Assembly (NCBI RefSeq): GCF_026571515.1
Contig: NW_026859203.1
Coordinates: 248,001-312,000 of the forward strand
Direction of reading: 5' to 3'
DNA length: 64,000 nucleotides
Origin: Ruditapes philippinarum
Lineage: Eukaryota
Positions 13,005 to 25,000 of this stretch are shown here, piece by piece; the stretch's first letter is position 1, and the number at the start of each line of letters is the position of its first letter. A model generated the notes under the pieces. That model was not told where the DNA came from and did not search any database. It saw only the letters and a program-made list of their open reading frames with translations. Made by a program: the position numbers and the translations under genes.

Positions 13005-13905
13005 TTTAATAATAAATAGGGGTTATGACCCTACTATCTTAAGACATACCGCATGCTTAGTGTTCAACCCATTTACAGTTGGACACTACGCTTTCCTCTT
13101 TTGATTACATCTGACGGGCCAAGTGGGAGACTATAGTGATGGACAGTTCTTAAAGGCCCTTTGGGAACTGAAGTTGCCTAATGTTTGTCTTCTGTCTTGC
13201 TTCGTCGGGCCCTTGTAGTGATTTTCTTGTTGCTCTGTCTTCCTTTAAGATGCATCGAGTACTTTTTGTTATGGTCATTGGGTTTAAACTTTTATATGTT
13301 TCTACAGTACATGATCATTTTTGGTGTTTTACTTTATTTAACCTTTTGTAAGCCATAACAAGCTGTTAGAATTTCACTTGGCGGGGATTTTCATTTTAAT
13401 TTACACTGTCCTCGTTTATAGGAACATGGTGGGCTAAGAGCGAGGTCTTGGTTGCACCATTAACCGTTTAAACTTCCCCAGCAGTCATTATTATGCTGCT
13501 GACCGTATTCAAAGGCGGCGCCCCCCATGTGTTCCTCAGATGTATCTATGTGTTCGGTACTGTTTTGGTGACACTTTGCTTGTGTCACTCTTGTTGTTTT
13601 CTCGTCTCGGTTAAGATCTTCCCCATTGCCTCTAGTTTTTATTCCTTTGATTATCCCCACCGCCTCCGGTCTCCTGTCCCTTCCCCTTTTGGCCTATTTT
13701 AACATTTTCTTTTTGAATTCCTAATCAGTTACAAATATATTATCATTAAAGTGATTTAACCTGTCCGTGCTCTGTCTTTGCCCTTTTTTCCTGTTTTTGT
13801 TTGGGGTCCCCCTGGGCTCCTTGCCATTGGTTCTTGTTGCTGGGTCATGTGGGGGTTGCGTTCATTGAACGCCGCCTTTCCTTGTTGATCTTGTTTATCA
13901 TATTT
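13005..13905 (+). mobile_element. 5'-truncated retroelement 3' end (Penelope-like/LINE-type) in lectin copy 2 intron 2
   Basis: Absent from copy 1. Starts with the ORF C-terminus RGYDPTILRHTACLVFNPFTVGHYAFLF* (13018-13104), resembling the TACLVVNPITV tail I recall from mollusc RT-encoding repeats. A long 3' region ends GTTCATTGAACGCCGCCTTTCCTTG...TCATATTTT, which recurs at ~24477-24523. Confidence 0.6.
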
Positions 13906-13950
13906 TACATAAACGGCACATTTTAAAAACTTTTATTTATGTATGTTGAC

Positions 13951-16510
13951 TAATATTTTGACTATCTAAATAGATCAGTGGCGTTCCTGCCGATACGCAC
14001 GGACGTATATAAAAAAACCAGAGTTTCGAAAAAAAATAATAAATTCAAAAAATAAAATGTAAAATCAAGAATTTTGGCGCAGATTGATCAACAGTTGCTT
14101 AGGATGCTCGGTAGGGTGGTGGGGACGGGGTTGAACCCATCCAGATCTTAAAATTGAGCATCGTTAATAAATACATGCGACTTTCCGCTTATCCATCTGT
14201 GCGGATCCAAATGTGAAGAAGGAATAGCAGCTAGGTCAGTCACAGGGTAAATTTTCAACCTTTTGTTCAAATTTTAGAAATGTGATTCTACCCTCCTAAC
14301 TTTCTTCTAAATTTACCTATTTGTGTTCCGGATTTTTATAGAGTCTTCGTCGAGATATTCTTTTCGAAGAATGGTTCTGGTGTTGGTTCTGGTGTGCCCA
14401 AAACATGCAATGCGTATGAAGAAAATGTCGCTAAACAGACACAAAATACAGTTACCGAGTTTCCGCAAAATCTTACCACCGAACGATGCTTAACATTCAA
14501 ACAAACCCTTTTTCAAACATTTATTGTGATTTTACTTTTAAAATTAAAAAAAAAAGTCATTTAAAGGGACCTAAATGATCCCGCGATACAAGATTTAAGG
14601 TGTGAATACTTTAAGCTGATGTGTTTGTATTATCGTCATACAGATCATTTTAAGAATATATTTTCCTTTATTGTATTTCATGTTTAGAAAAAAAAGAAGA
14701 AGAAAAAACAAATAAAAGAAACTTTTTAGAAAAGGAAAATAAAATAGATAAATACAGAATCCCTAAAGAAAGCCCAACACGGCAAAATTGAAAATGTTGC
14801 AGGCTCGGTTTGATTGAGCCTGTTCATGGACGGTACTGGAAAGTGCAAGTTACCGGCAACGCCCCCTAGCACCGGCTTAAGCAGAATTCAACATTTAAAC
14901 ATGAAATAGTAAAATTTTGAATTTAGAAACCTCCGCAGATGTGTTCATACGGCGGTTATCATGGAACCTTCAATGTGACACTTCCGTGCCATTCCATGAA
15001 AAGCGGCGTATGGTCCCCAAGTAATAAAAAGCGTGTGCCCTAAACGAGAAAACAATGGGCGGAACTAAATAAAATGGAATTTTGAAAGGGGATCAGTGGT
15101 TATGAAGCCTGCGTTACGTGCGTATCACAGATAAGACGTCAAAAGACAAATTTAAAAAGCAGGCAACATATCCTAAGGGTGATTCAACATTATTCAAGTA
15201 GGAATATTGGAACCACCCAACTAGAAAATGCCGAAAAGTTGAAACTAAAACATACCACAAGCACAACAATAATGTCGTGCTGAACGATCTTCAAGGATCG
15301 AAATATAACATCATTGATTAAATGTACGGGGAAGACTTTTTACAGCCGCCACACGGCACAAATAACACGGATGTGATCATAAAATAGATAAATACAGAAT
15401 CCCTAAAGAAAGACCCAACACGGCAAAATTGAAAATGTTGCAGGCTCGGTTTGATTGAGCCTGTTCATGGACGGTACTGGAAAGTGCAAGTTACCGTCCA
15501 CGCCCCCTAGCACCGGCCTTAAGCAAATTTCAACATTTAAACATGAAAAGTAAAATTTTGAATTAGAAACATCCGCAGATGTGTTTCATGACGCGGCTTA
15601 TCATGGAACCTTCAATGTGACACTTCCGTGCCATTCCATGAAAAGCGGCGTATGGTCCCAAAGTAATAAAAAGCGTGTGCCCTAAACGAGAAAACAATAG
15701 GGCGGAACTAAAATAAAATGGAATTTTGAAAAGGGGATCAATGGTTATGAAGCCTGCGTATCACAGAAAGACGTCAAAAAGACAAATTTAAAAAAAAGCA
15801 GGCAACATATCCTAAGGGTGATTCAACATTTATTCAAGGAGGCAATATTTGGAACACCCAACTAGAAAATGCCGAAAAAGTTTGAAACTAAAAAATACCA
15901 CAAGCACAACAATAATGTCGTGCTGAACGAAAATCTTCAAGGATCGAAAATATAACATCATTGATTGAAATGTACGGGGAGACTTTTTACAGCCGCCACA
16001 CGGCACAAATAACACGGATGTGATCATAAAATAGATAAATACAGAATCCCTAAAGAAAAGCCCAACACGGCAAAATTGAAAATGTTGCAGGCTCGGTTTG
16101 ACTGAGCCTGTTCATGGACGGTACTGGAAAGTGCAAGTTACCGTCCACGCCCCCTAGCACCGGCTTAAGCAGAATTCAACATTTAATCATGAAATAGTAA
16201 AATTTTGAATTTAGAAACATCCGCAGATGTTTCTAAAAAACAGGGTTTCCGCAAAACCCTTCTCAATTACAATTGAGAAACGTGGCTATGTTTTGTTTTT
16301 CTAATAGTAAATAACTTTTAGACTATCTAAAACAGTGTTCGCGTTAGACTTCGTTCAAGTTCTCATACTTTCAATACTTGATGTTATTTTCGTAAGTATA
16401 GGTAAAGCTAATATTTCTACAGTAACATGACTTTTCATCGCTTAGATATCCCATAAAGCGACCCTTCGCCGAAAACCCTGCACTCGGCTATACTAAAAAT
16501 AAGCCAAGGT
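13951..16510 (+). mobile_element. Helentron/HINE-like insertion with ~640-bp internal tandem repeats
   Basis: Absent from copy 1. Tandem units begin AAAATAGATAAATACAGAATCCCTAAAG at ~14741, ~15380 and ~16028 (last one partial). Terminal imperfect hairpin CTCGGCTATACTAAAAATAAGCCAAG. No TSD seen. Confidence 0.6.
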
Positions 16511-17227
16511 ATACATGCGTATATGTAACGGAGTTTCAGCGACAACGTAAAGCTCATACTTCGATTGAAATCTTATTAATAGGTTTATGTGTTATTATTA
16601 TTATTATTTGTTTTATTATTATTATTATTATTCAATAGAGTATTGTACAGGTATGCGCTGTAGCTACTGAACGCCCCTAGTATTATTTTGTTGCAGCTAC
16701 AAAATGACATATATTACAGGATTAGAAAATCTAATAAAGACGTTTCAAAATGATAGAGTTCTGAACATGATTTACAACAAAATAGTAAATTGAAAACCAG
16801 AAGGACATACAACATTGAAGAAAGAAACAGATATGGTTCAATTTTGTTTGAACTTGTTATTACACTAATTCACACACTGTATTGTATTTGTCCGCTAGCA
16901 ACAAATGGCCAATACCTTATAATTTCAAACATCCACAAAATATGCTTTCGAGCCCATGCTAGAACATTCTTTATGAAATATAAATCTGTAGCTACTTACT
17001 TTTTTTAAAAAATGCTCTAAACTTGTTACCATGTTAATCTTTTTTTTTCCAGCTGCATTGTCTAATGCATGGTGCTCATTTAGTACACGTCAACGACGAG
17101 GAAGAGAGTGCATTTCTTTCTTTGTACCTTCGTAAATTCAAAGGTCAGTATTACGTGATGAAATTTGTATGTACCTATAAATTGTGAAATGAAGTATCCT
17201 AGGGTATCTCCCAGGATAAATACTCGG

Positions 17228-17540
17228 TATATCTACATTATCTATATCTACATACCTATATCTGCATATATATATATCTGCATATCTATATCTACACACC
17301 TATATCTACATACTTATATCTCCATACCTATTTCTACATACCTATATCTACATACATATATCTACATACCTATATGTGCATACCTATATGTGTATATCTA
17401 TATCTGCATATCTATATCTACATACCTATATCTACATACTTATATCTACATACCTATATCTACATACCTATATGTGCATACCTATATGTGCATATCTTTA
17501 TCTATCTGCATACCTATATCTACATACCTATATACATGTA
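17228..17540 (+). repeat. Expanded 14-bp minisatellite (ACATACCTATATCT-like)
   Basis: About 20 degenerate units. It produces the spurious YIYI/STYLY ORFs at 17165-17596 and 17374-17577. Confidence 0.85.
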
Positions 17541-19064
17541 TAAAAATGCTAAAAAGTGCTGGAACAATAAAAAATAATTATACTAAAAATAACTGACATT
17601 AACTGGATTTTCTCAAAATTTAATTTTATTGACCTACCGGTTTCTCAATACCTATATTATAACATACCTATATTACTACCTATATCAACAATATCTGATA
17701 TCTAAGCCATATAATTCTACATGCCTATTACTACAACCTTTTTTACCTATCTATACTGTAATCATATCTACATATTAATAATCTTCATTTATTACCCCTT
17801 TAATAATAAATTACTGGATCGGCCCTAACCCGACAAAAACAGAGGGGAAATTTTTGAATGGGACGGCCATGACATTGCAGTTTTCGTTCACCCAGCTGGA
17901 ATCTGGCCAGCCTTGATAATTCTGGTTGGAAAGGAAATTGTGTTCACATGCACCATTCTATGATTACAAATGGAATGACAATGTATGCAGTCTTTGTTTA
18001 TGTTTATTCTCGTGAAAACAAAAATCTCATACATCAGTATCAAACCAAAAATTAATGAAATAAGGGCAATAGAATGTAATAATAATTCCCTTCTAGAATT
18101 ATTGTTTTGCAAGCGATTAATACCACCTTCAAACTAAACAGAAACATTAAAAAACGCAAATTCCAGAAGCATCATTTAATAATTAAAATAAAAAAAAAAA
18201 CTAAGGGAATTAGTTTTTTTTTTTTTTCCAATACAGTAACTGGAGTACAATTTTAATAAGACTTAGTACCGTTATAGAAATGCCGAGGTATTGCCCGACG
18301 ATTGTCTAATTTATAATTGAAAAACAATGATTTTTTATCCTCCATTTTGTTACAATTTCATATTTTTTGGGGTATTTTTTTACGTTATTTCACCCACCTT
18401 AAATACGTGAAGAGGCTTTAAACATACATGTACTTCTTTTGAAACTGATTTTCCTTGCTAGAAACTTGATTGAAAAATAACATATCAATGTTAAAATTAT
18501 CACCAAATTTAGGAAGATCCAACCAGACATATTAGTTTATTTACACACATGATTTCATATTATAAATATAAGCATATAAATTCATTAAACAGAGTAAAAC
18601 GAGTATTTTCTTCGATGTAAAATGCTTTTATCAATAGACACATTCATCATTGAGTTTAACACGATAATTATTCATTTCACATAATTTTTAGACCAAATCG
18701 GTCATATGAGCTAGTTTACCGCCAATGTCGATTGTTTCATCAGGCTGTCGCCGTAGTTATTATTAATGCATAGGTGTTCCCTTTTCAGTCAAAGCTCGAT
18801 TTTTACCATAAACAGATCAATCATTTTGTATTTAAAACCCAATAAAATCGTTCCTTTATTGTAAGTGAGATAAACCTCCTATAAAAGCGGCATATTCTTT
18901 TAATTATTTCATTTCTGGACAATTCTGAACTGATTAATATTTATGTTATTGCCAAAAACCCAACACGATGTTTGAGATTTTGCTTGTCCTGAGGTATGAA
19001 CATCTTTTGCCAAGTTATGCCATTTTTTACTTGTTTTATTTTCTTTTTACTAAAACACAGCAAG

Positions 19065-22000
19065 TCACATTTCCTCGTGTTCAATAAAATTTGTTTTTAA
19101 TTCATCTGCTCTATTAAAGTATCTTTTAAATAAAAATACACCAACAGCTCCAATCAACAACCCAAGTAGAAATGTACCAACACCAATACCAACTGTTGTT
19201 CCTGGAAACAGAAAAATAAAATACGAGGTAGAAAGAGATAGATTGAGATCATAGTACTTCAGAAAATAAGAGAAAAATTCTAAAATAATAATAGTAATAG
19301 TAATAATAATAATGATGAAATCAAATGGTTGAAATGAAATTTAGCACATTCTGTTTAATTAAACATGCTCATAGGAGGCAATGATCAAAGTATTCTGTGC
19401 GTCTACAAAATGAAAAACAACAACCGGGCAGTTTTTGAATGAACTTAAATCAAATGCTTAAGTCTTATCCAGCTGAAACCAAAAGTGATTAGCCTTTGTC
19501 AACCTGCAAACCTGTTTAGTCTGACCAAACTCTATACCTTAAGCTGACCAAATTAAAATATTCATTCTGATATTACTAAAGTTGCTAATGTACAGTTTAA
19601 AAACCGGCAGATTAAGGGTTAATTATATAATATATAGCATGATATAGTTTACTTCATGTTATATAGATCATAAATAGAGGATACAGAATGAGTACTTGGT
19701 CAATACTGAATTTATTGAACGAGTTGAATGCGAACCTCTGGCGAGCAAAATGTTATTTTATTCACGGGTTCAAAAAATCAGTAAAGAACCGACATGAATT
19801 TTAAAAAATGTTACACATGCCCAAAATAAAAGGACTTTCAAAATCAATACAAAAGAATCATTTTTATTGACGCGCCTATAGGTAAAATTTAAAATTTAGC
19901 GCGTCTTTACACNNNNNNNNNNNNNNNNNNNNNNNNNNNNNNNNNNNNNNNNNNNNNNNNNNNNNNNNNNNNNNNNNNNNNNNNNNNNNNNNNNNNNNNN
20001 NNNNNNNNNNNNNNNNNNNNNNNNNNNNNNNNNNNNNNNNNNNNNNNNNNNNTTTGTTAACGCAAATAAATAAAGTCAAAATATATGCACGGCTGTGCAA
20101 CTATTTTTACGGAGTCGCAAAATTGGCACGAGTATTAAAAAGACAATATAATGGCTACTACCAGATATCCATCGAATTATTTGTACTTGCAATATTTAAG
20201 ATCTATTTTCAATATAAAAATATCTCTAAATCTATTAGCTCAGGTATAATTTAACAATTAATTTCATTAAAGAAGTTTTTAGCTCATTACATGTACCAGC
20301 AAACGTTCCTAGTAATATCTCTTAAACTAATTTGTAAATTCTTGAAATGATGATAATGATATGTTTGAAAAACAAAATGCATTTCCGTTGATTTTATTTC
20401 TCAGTGTATATTGTTATGTATAATATAATGACTACCTGTAGAATTTTTAGACCCATTATTAGTCTGACGTTGTAATGACGAACAAGGCAAATTGTTTGTA
20501 GATGTCATAGATTTAGATGATTTAACTGTAGGTTGAATTGTAGATGTAGATTTCATTGTTACCATAGATTTCTGTGACACTGTTGGTTCTGTAAAGTTTA
20601 CATTTTAATGTCACGTAAATTGTGGTAAAATAAAATATTCATGGCCAATATCGTTGCAAATAGATATAAGCTTATCTTTTCAAACCTTATGGTTTGTATT
20701 ATTTTACGTATAAAGCAGAATATAACATTATATACCGTATTTTCGGTTTTAATATTTAATATTTATTTATTCATTTAACGTGGAAAATTAAAGTGGTATT
20801 AATCACAATTTATTCACAATATATATATCTTTTGTTTAAAGTGGTAACCCCACTAAGGTAAGTACATATCATACTTTTATTTGGTGTGGATGAAACTAGT
20901 GAGCTTTGACTCGTAGAAGATGTCCGAGATGTCTTAGGTTTCGTGTTTGATGATGGGAAAAATATCCCTGAAAGAGAATCGTATACAAGTATTAACAAGG
21001 AAACGTCTACGAAGAAAACGCAAACAGTTAGAAAATGAGTCGAAAATGAGCCTTCCCAAAAAGTAATTTATCATAATGTATACAAACTTACGAACGGCTT
21101 ACTTTTTTCAATACTATGTTGAAATTCTATTTAGGGCAAGATTGACCATTTATTTACTCTGCTGATATGAGGCTGAATTTATAAATCATATTTACCCTAA
21201 ATCAGTCTTGCAATTTCATAATCAACCAATAAATCTTTCTTACAATTTTACATTCAACCACTTAACTACTCATTCACTTAATCATTGAATCACTAAATAA
21301 CTAATTCACCAAATCACTTATTTACCACTCCTTCACTATATCGCCTCTTAAATGCCTTTACCGAATCATTCATGGATTTATTTATTCATTCATTCATTCA
21401 TTCATTAAATTAAACCTTACTTGATTCATTCATTCACTTTCGCTTCTTCACTTTATTACTCATTCACTGAATGATTTCACAATTAAATATATCCTTCATT
21501 AAATCACTCATGAATTTGTTTCACATTTAATACTCCTCATCACAAATCCTTAATCACAAAACTACTCTTTTCTAAATCTTGCTTATTCACAAAACTTGCT
21601 TATTCACTAAGTAATGATTAATGCTTTCTTATAAAACTTACTTTTATATTTGTCACAGAACTCTCCAGAACCTGTTGTCACAATACCATTGCTACCAGGG
21701 AGGTAGCAAGTTGTTGCTTTATCATTGTAATAAAACTCTGTAAATAAATGATAATATCATCAATTACATACAAATCTTGATTGCACAAAACTGGTATTTT
21801 GTTAGAGAAGACCTTTTATATGAAAACAATGCCATGTAATTTTCACTTGAAGCGATCATGAATAAAGATCCAAAATAAATGAAAAACACTGAGCGCATGT
21901 AAGAAACAAACTAAGACATGGGTAATACTCGTAGGGTAATACTCGTATTATCATATCTAATGAAAATTACTATAAAAACAGTTCAATTCTGTAAAAATAC

Positions 22001-25000
22001 ATACATGTAATAACTTTTGTTTATCTAGTTTTGATATGAAGTAATTAAGTACAAATTATAGGGGACAGTTAATTGTTTCATGTACCTTTACAATCAGTGT
22101 TCTGTAACTGAACACACTTTTTTGCACAGTCACTTTTGGTTACCCCTTGGAATGATAATACAGACGTAAAAGTATATGTCCCTGCGTTTATTGACTGGAA
22201 ATCCTTGTCGAAGTTGCCTGTAAAGTATATATATTGTCGTGTTAAGTAAAAAAATATTTCAGACATAAAACGCCTTGCAATTAAAAAAAACAACAACAAA
22301 AATATTAAGTAATAATAATAATAACAACAAATCCCCGACAAACAACAATAAAATACTGTAAGTTATAGTATCCAAATGTCTTATTTCTACTTTAAAAAAA
22401 CACAAAGTGTTATAACAGACAAACTTTATTTTATAAAAAACTTTCGATTATATCATATTATAAATAGGATGATTTTCATGCCTAAAAGAATAAATACTCC
22501 GATACCGAATTTCAAGTAAATTCTACTTATTTTGATGTATATTAACTTAATGCAATGTCATCAAGCAAAATCAGCACACCTTGCAATCAATGGAGATGTT
22601 GATCGAAGCTAACTAGTGTAATTAAGAAATAAAAACATTGGAAACAGCCCTGGCCAAACTAGCCAATACGTATGGATATTTTTTGTCTTTTCTAGTTTTT
22701 TTTTTACCTTAGAGCTCCACATGCAGGGGCATATTTGTTTCGGGATTGCTTTTAAGCATTTGATAAAGGTCTAGACATCTAACTTGTTTGTAAACTTTCA
22801 GATCATTCAATCAACTCTCGTTTTTTTCCATCATAATAATTTTCTTTGTAAAAAATTACTTAAATATGAAAAGCGTTTTGAACTCGAATTTTAAACTAAG
22901 AATCAAATCAATTTAATTCGGAGTACATCATTTCTTTATTACCCCTTTTCCATTTTAAGTGCCCCTATCGATCAACGAAAGACTTTCGTGTTGTTTTTTT
23001 TTAAAATGCTTTTGACGTCAGTGAAGCTCATTTAATCACAAATTTTAGAGTAAAATCTTATTGAATACAATCTAGTACGGTGTAGAACAAATATTTGTTG
23101 TTTTTAGTCATTTTGGCTTTCCCAAGAATATTAATAAAGTACGGATTGCTTGATGATAACTAAAAGGGAAATGATCCTTACTCATAAAGAGATTACAAGC
23201 TGTAAATGTCACATTTTTCTGTGGCCCAAATGTTCTCTCGAAATAATGTACACATTGTCTTGTATTAGTACAATATTCAAACATTCTACATTCAATGTTA
23301 CTGGTACATGACTGGGCACACTTTTCATCGGTCTCTAGTGTTGCAAAAGGTATCGATGTCTTGTCAAATGAAACTGTGCCCTCTATTTTAACATATTCAT
23401 TTATATAATTTCCTGAAATTACAAAACAGTTACATAAAATAATACTGCAATATTACTCTGAGAAATATCAAAAAAATTATTTTGAGAAAAGTTGCATATT
23501 TGAAATAACATTGATTAATTCAGAGTTGTTTTACAGTCGTCGTTTCTAATTTTAGCGGCAAATTATTAAGATAACATACTAACATTTGGTAATATAAGCA
23601 GAGAATTGCTTGTTTGTGTAAGAGTCAATTACAAAATGATAAATGAATATTAATCAGTACTGTTGTATGTTGTACAATTCGGGTTGCTTTGTATATCTTT
23701 GCTATCCAACAAATCAGGGTGTGTTTTACTAATCACACACAAATACTGGTTTCCACAATAACTGAATCCTCCACACTGGAACGAATTCTGAGTTAGACAG
23801 GCGCTTGCACAGCTACTTATATCTATGTACGACAACGTATTGTCTTCAGGAACGACAGTAGACTGTGAGTACATGTTGAAACTAAGGAGAGCATTATCTG
23901 AAAATAACAGAACCAGGGTAAGTAAGGTTCGTGGTTGTTTAACGTATATAGTTTAATATTTATGCTATGGTTATAGTTAAATTTAATCTTATTTAACATA
24001 AGCCTGCTTGTTTGATATACAAAAAAGGAATAATGATAGCGTGTTTCAAGACCAATTTAATAAAAAAAAATCGTCAAGAGATAAACATTCACATTAATTA
24101 TTTTTCATTTATAGATATTAAATACTTCATTATGTTTAAAACCAGTTGACGATTCTTTAGTATAGTCATTTGTTAGTTAATTTCAACATTAAATTTTTCA
24201 TGTAGTAAAGTAATTCAATCTATAACTACATATGAGAGTTTTAAACTCATCAAATATATCTTCGGCTTTGCTTGATAATTCAGGCCTACTTTAAGTATAC
24301 AATGTACATTCAAGTAAAACATGTTTCTCATATTCTAACTGTATCAAAAATACTAACTTTCATACAATTACAACAATGTCTCTTGTTAATATGGAGCACG
24401 TGTGCAGTCCCATTTCTAAAGTTGGTTATTGCACCCATATGCGGTCTATTTAAAAGTTGATTTTCAACACAGGTTTGTTCATTGAACGCCGCCTTTCCTT
24501 GCTGATCTTGTCTATCATATTTTTGCTTTAAACCTCTTGAAAATATGACCCGTAAAATATCTCTTTTTAATGAATCGTACGCATTTTTATTTTCAATGAA
24601 AAACGGTAGACATTTTCTTTTTGTGCCTTGTGTCTATAATATTTGATGAAAAATAATCTATTGTACAACGCCCTTTTCTCCTTCGAATAAAACTTTGCCA
24701 GACCCAACAACCTCTATAAGACATATGATATATGGAATTTGAAGTGGAACTTTTAGGATCTGGTTTTACGATACTTTCCTCAAATATTTATCAGTATTTA
24801 AACAAATATATCTTTTGAAAAAAAATGTTGTTTTGCGCCAATTAATCAAAAACTCATAGCACTAGAGTTCTAGAGATCTTATTTTGCCTTCCCAACATCT
24901 GTTTCTAAAAAACAAAACGAAAGATTCATAAAACTTACATTAAAGGAGACAAAACATAAACTTAAATGAGTCATAGTTTAAATATTCGAACACAGGCCAT

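Larger units (their letters stand above)
11757..18045 (+). pseudogene. Second copy of the C-type lectin; exons 1-3 intact, exon 4 frameshifted (pseudogene or unpolished sequence)
   Basis: Exons 11757-11910, 12830-12924 and 17053-17143 are intact, with mostly synonymous differences from copy 1. Exon 4 (~17804-18045) lacks the AG acceptor and has many 1-nt indels, mostly in homopolymers (GGCCCTAACCCG, AAATTTTTGAA, GTTTTCG). Confidence 0.75.
5312..19880 (+). repeat. Tandem segmental duplication: copy 1 ~5312-10680, copy 2 ~10935-19880
   Basis: Colinear homology from GTCTGTATATG (5312 vs 10935) through the lectin gene and the TM exon to GACGCGCCTATAG (~10665 vs ~19869). Copy 2 has extra insertions at ~13005-13905 and ~13951-16510 and ends next to the N gap. 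Confidence 0.92.

Noticed and set aside
17165-17596. 143-aa Tyr/Ile-rich ORF
   Set aside because: Translation of the 14-bp minisatellite.
24358-24476. Possible additional degenerate PAN exon (Cys-containing, ending in a GTTAGT donor-like site)
   Set aside because: No frame gives a PAN Cys pattern without frameshifts, and exon 26963-27029 splices in phase directly to 23661-23897.
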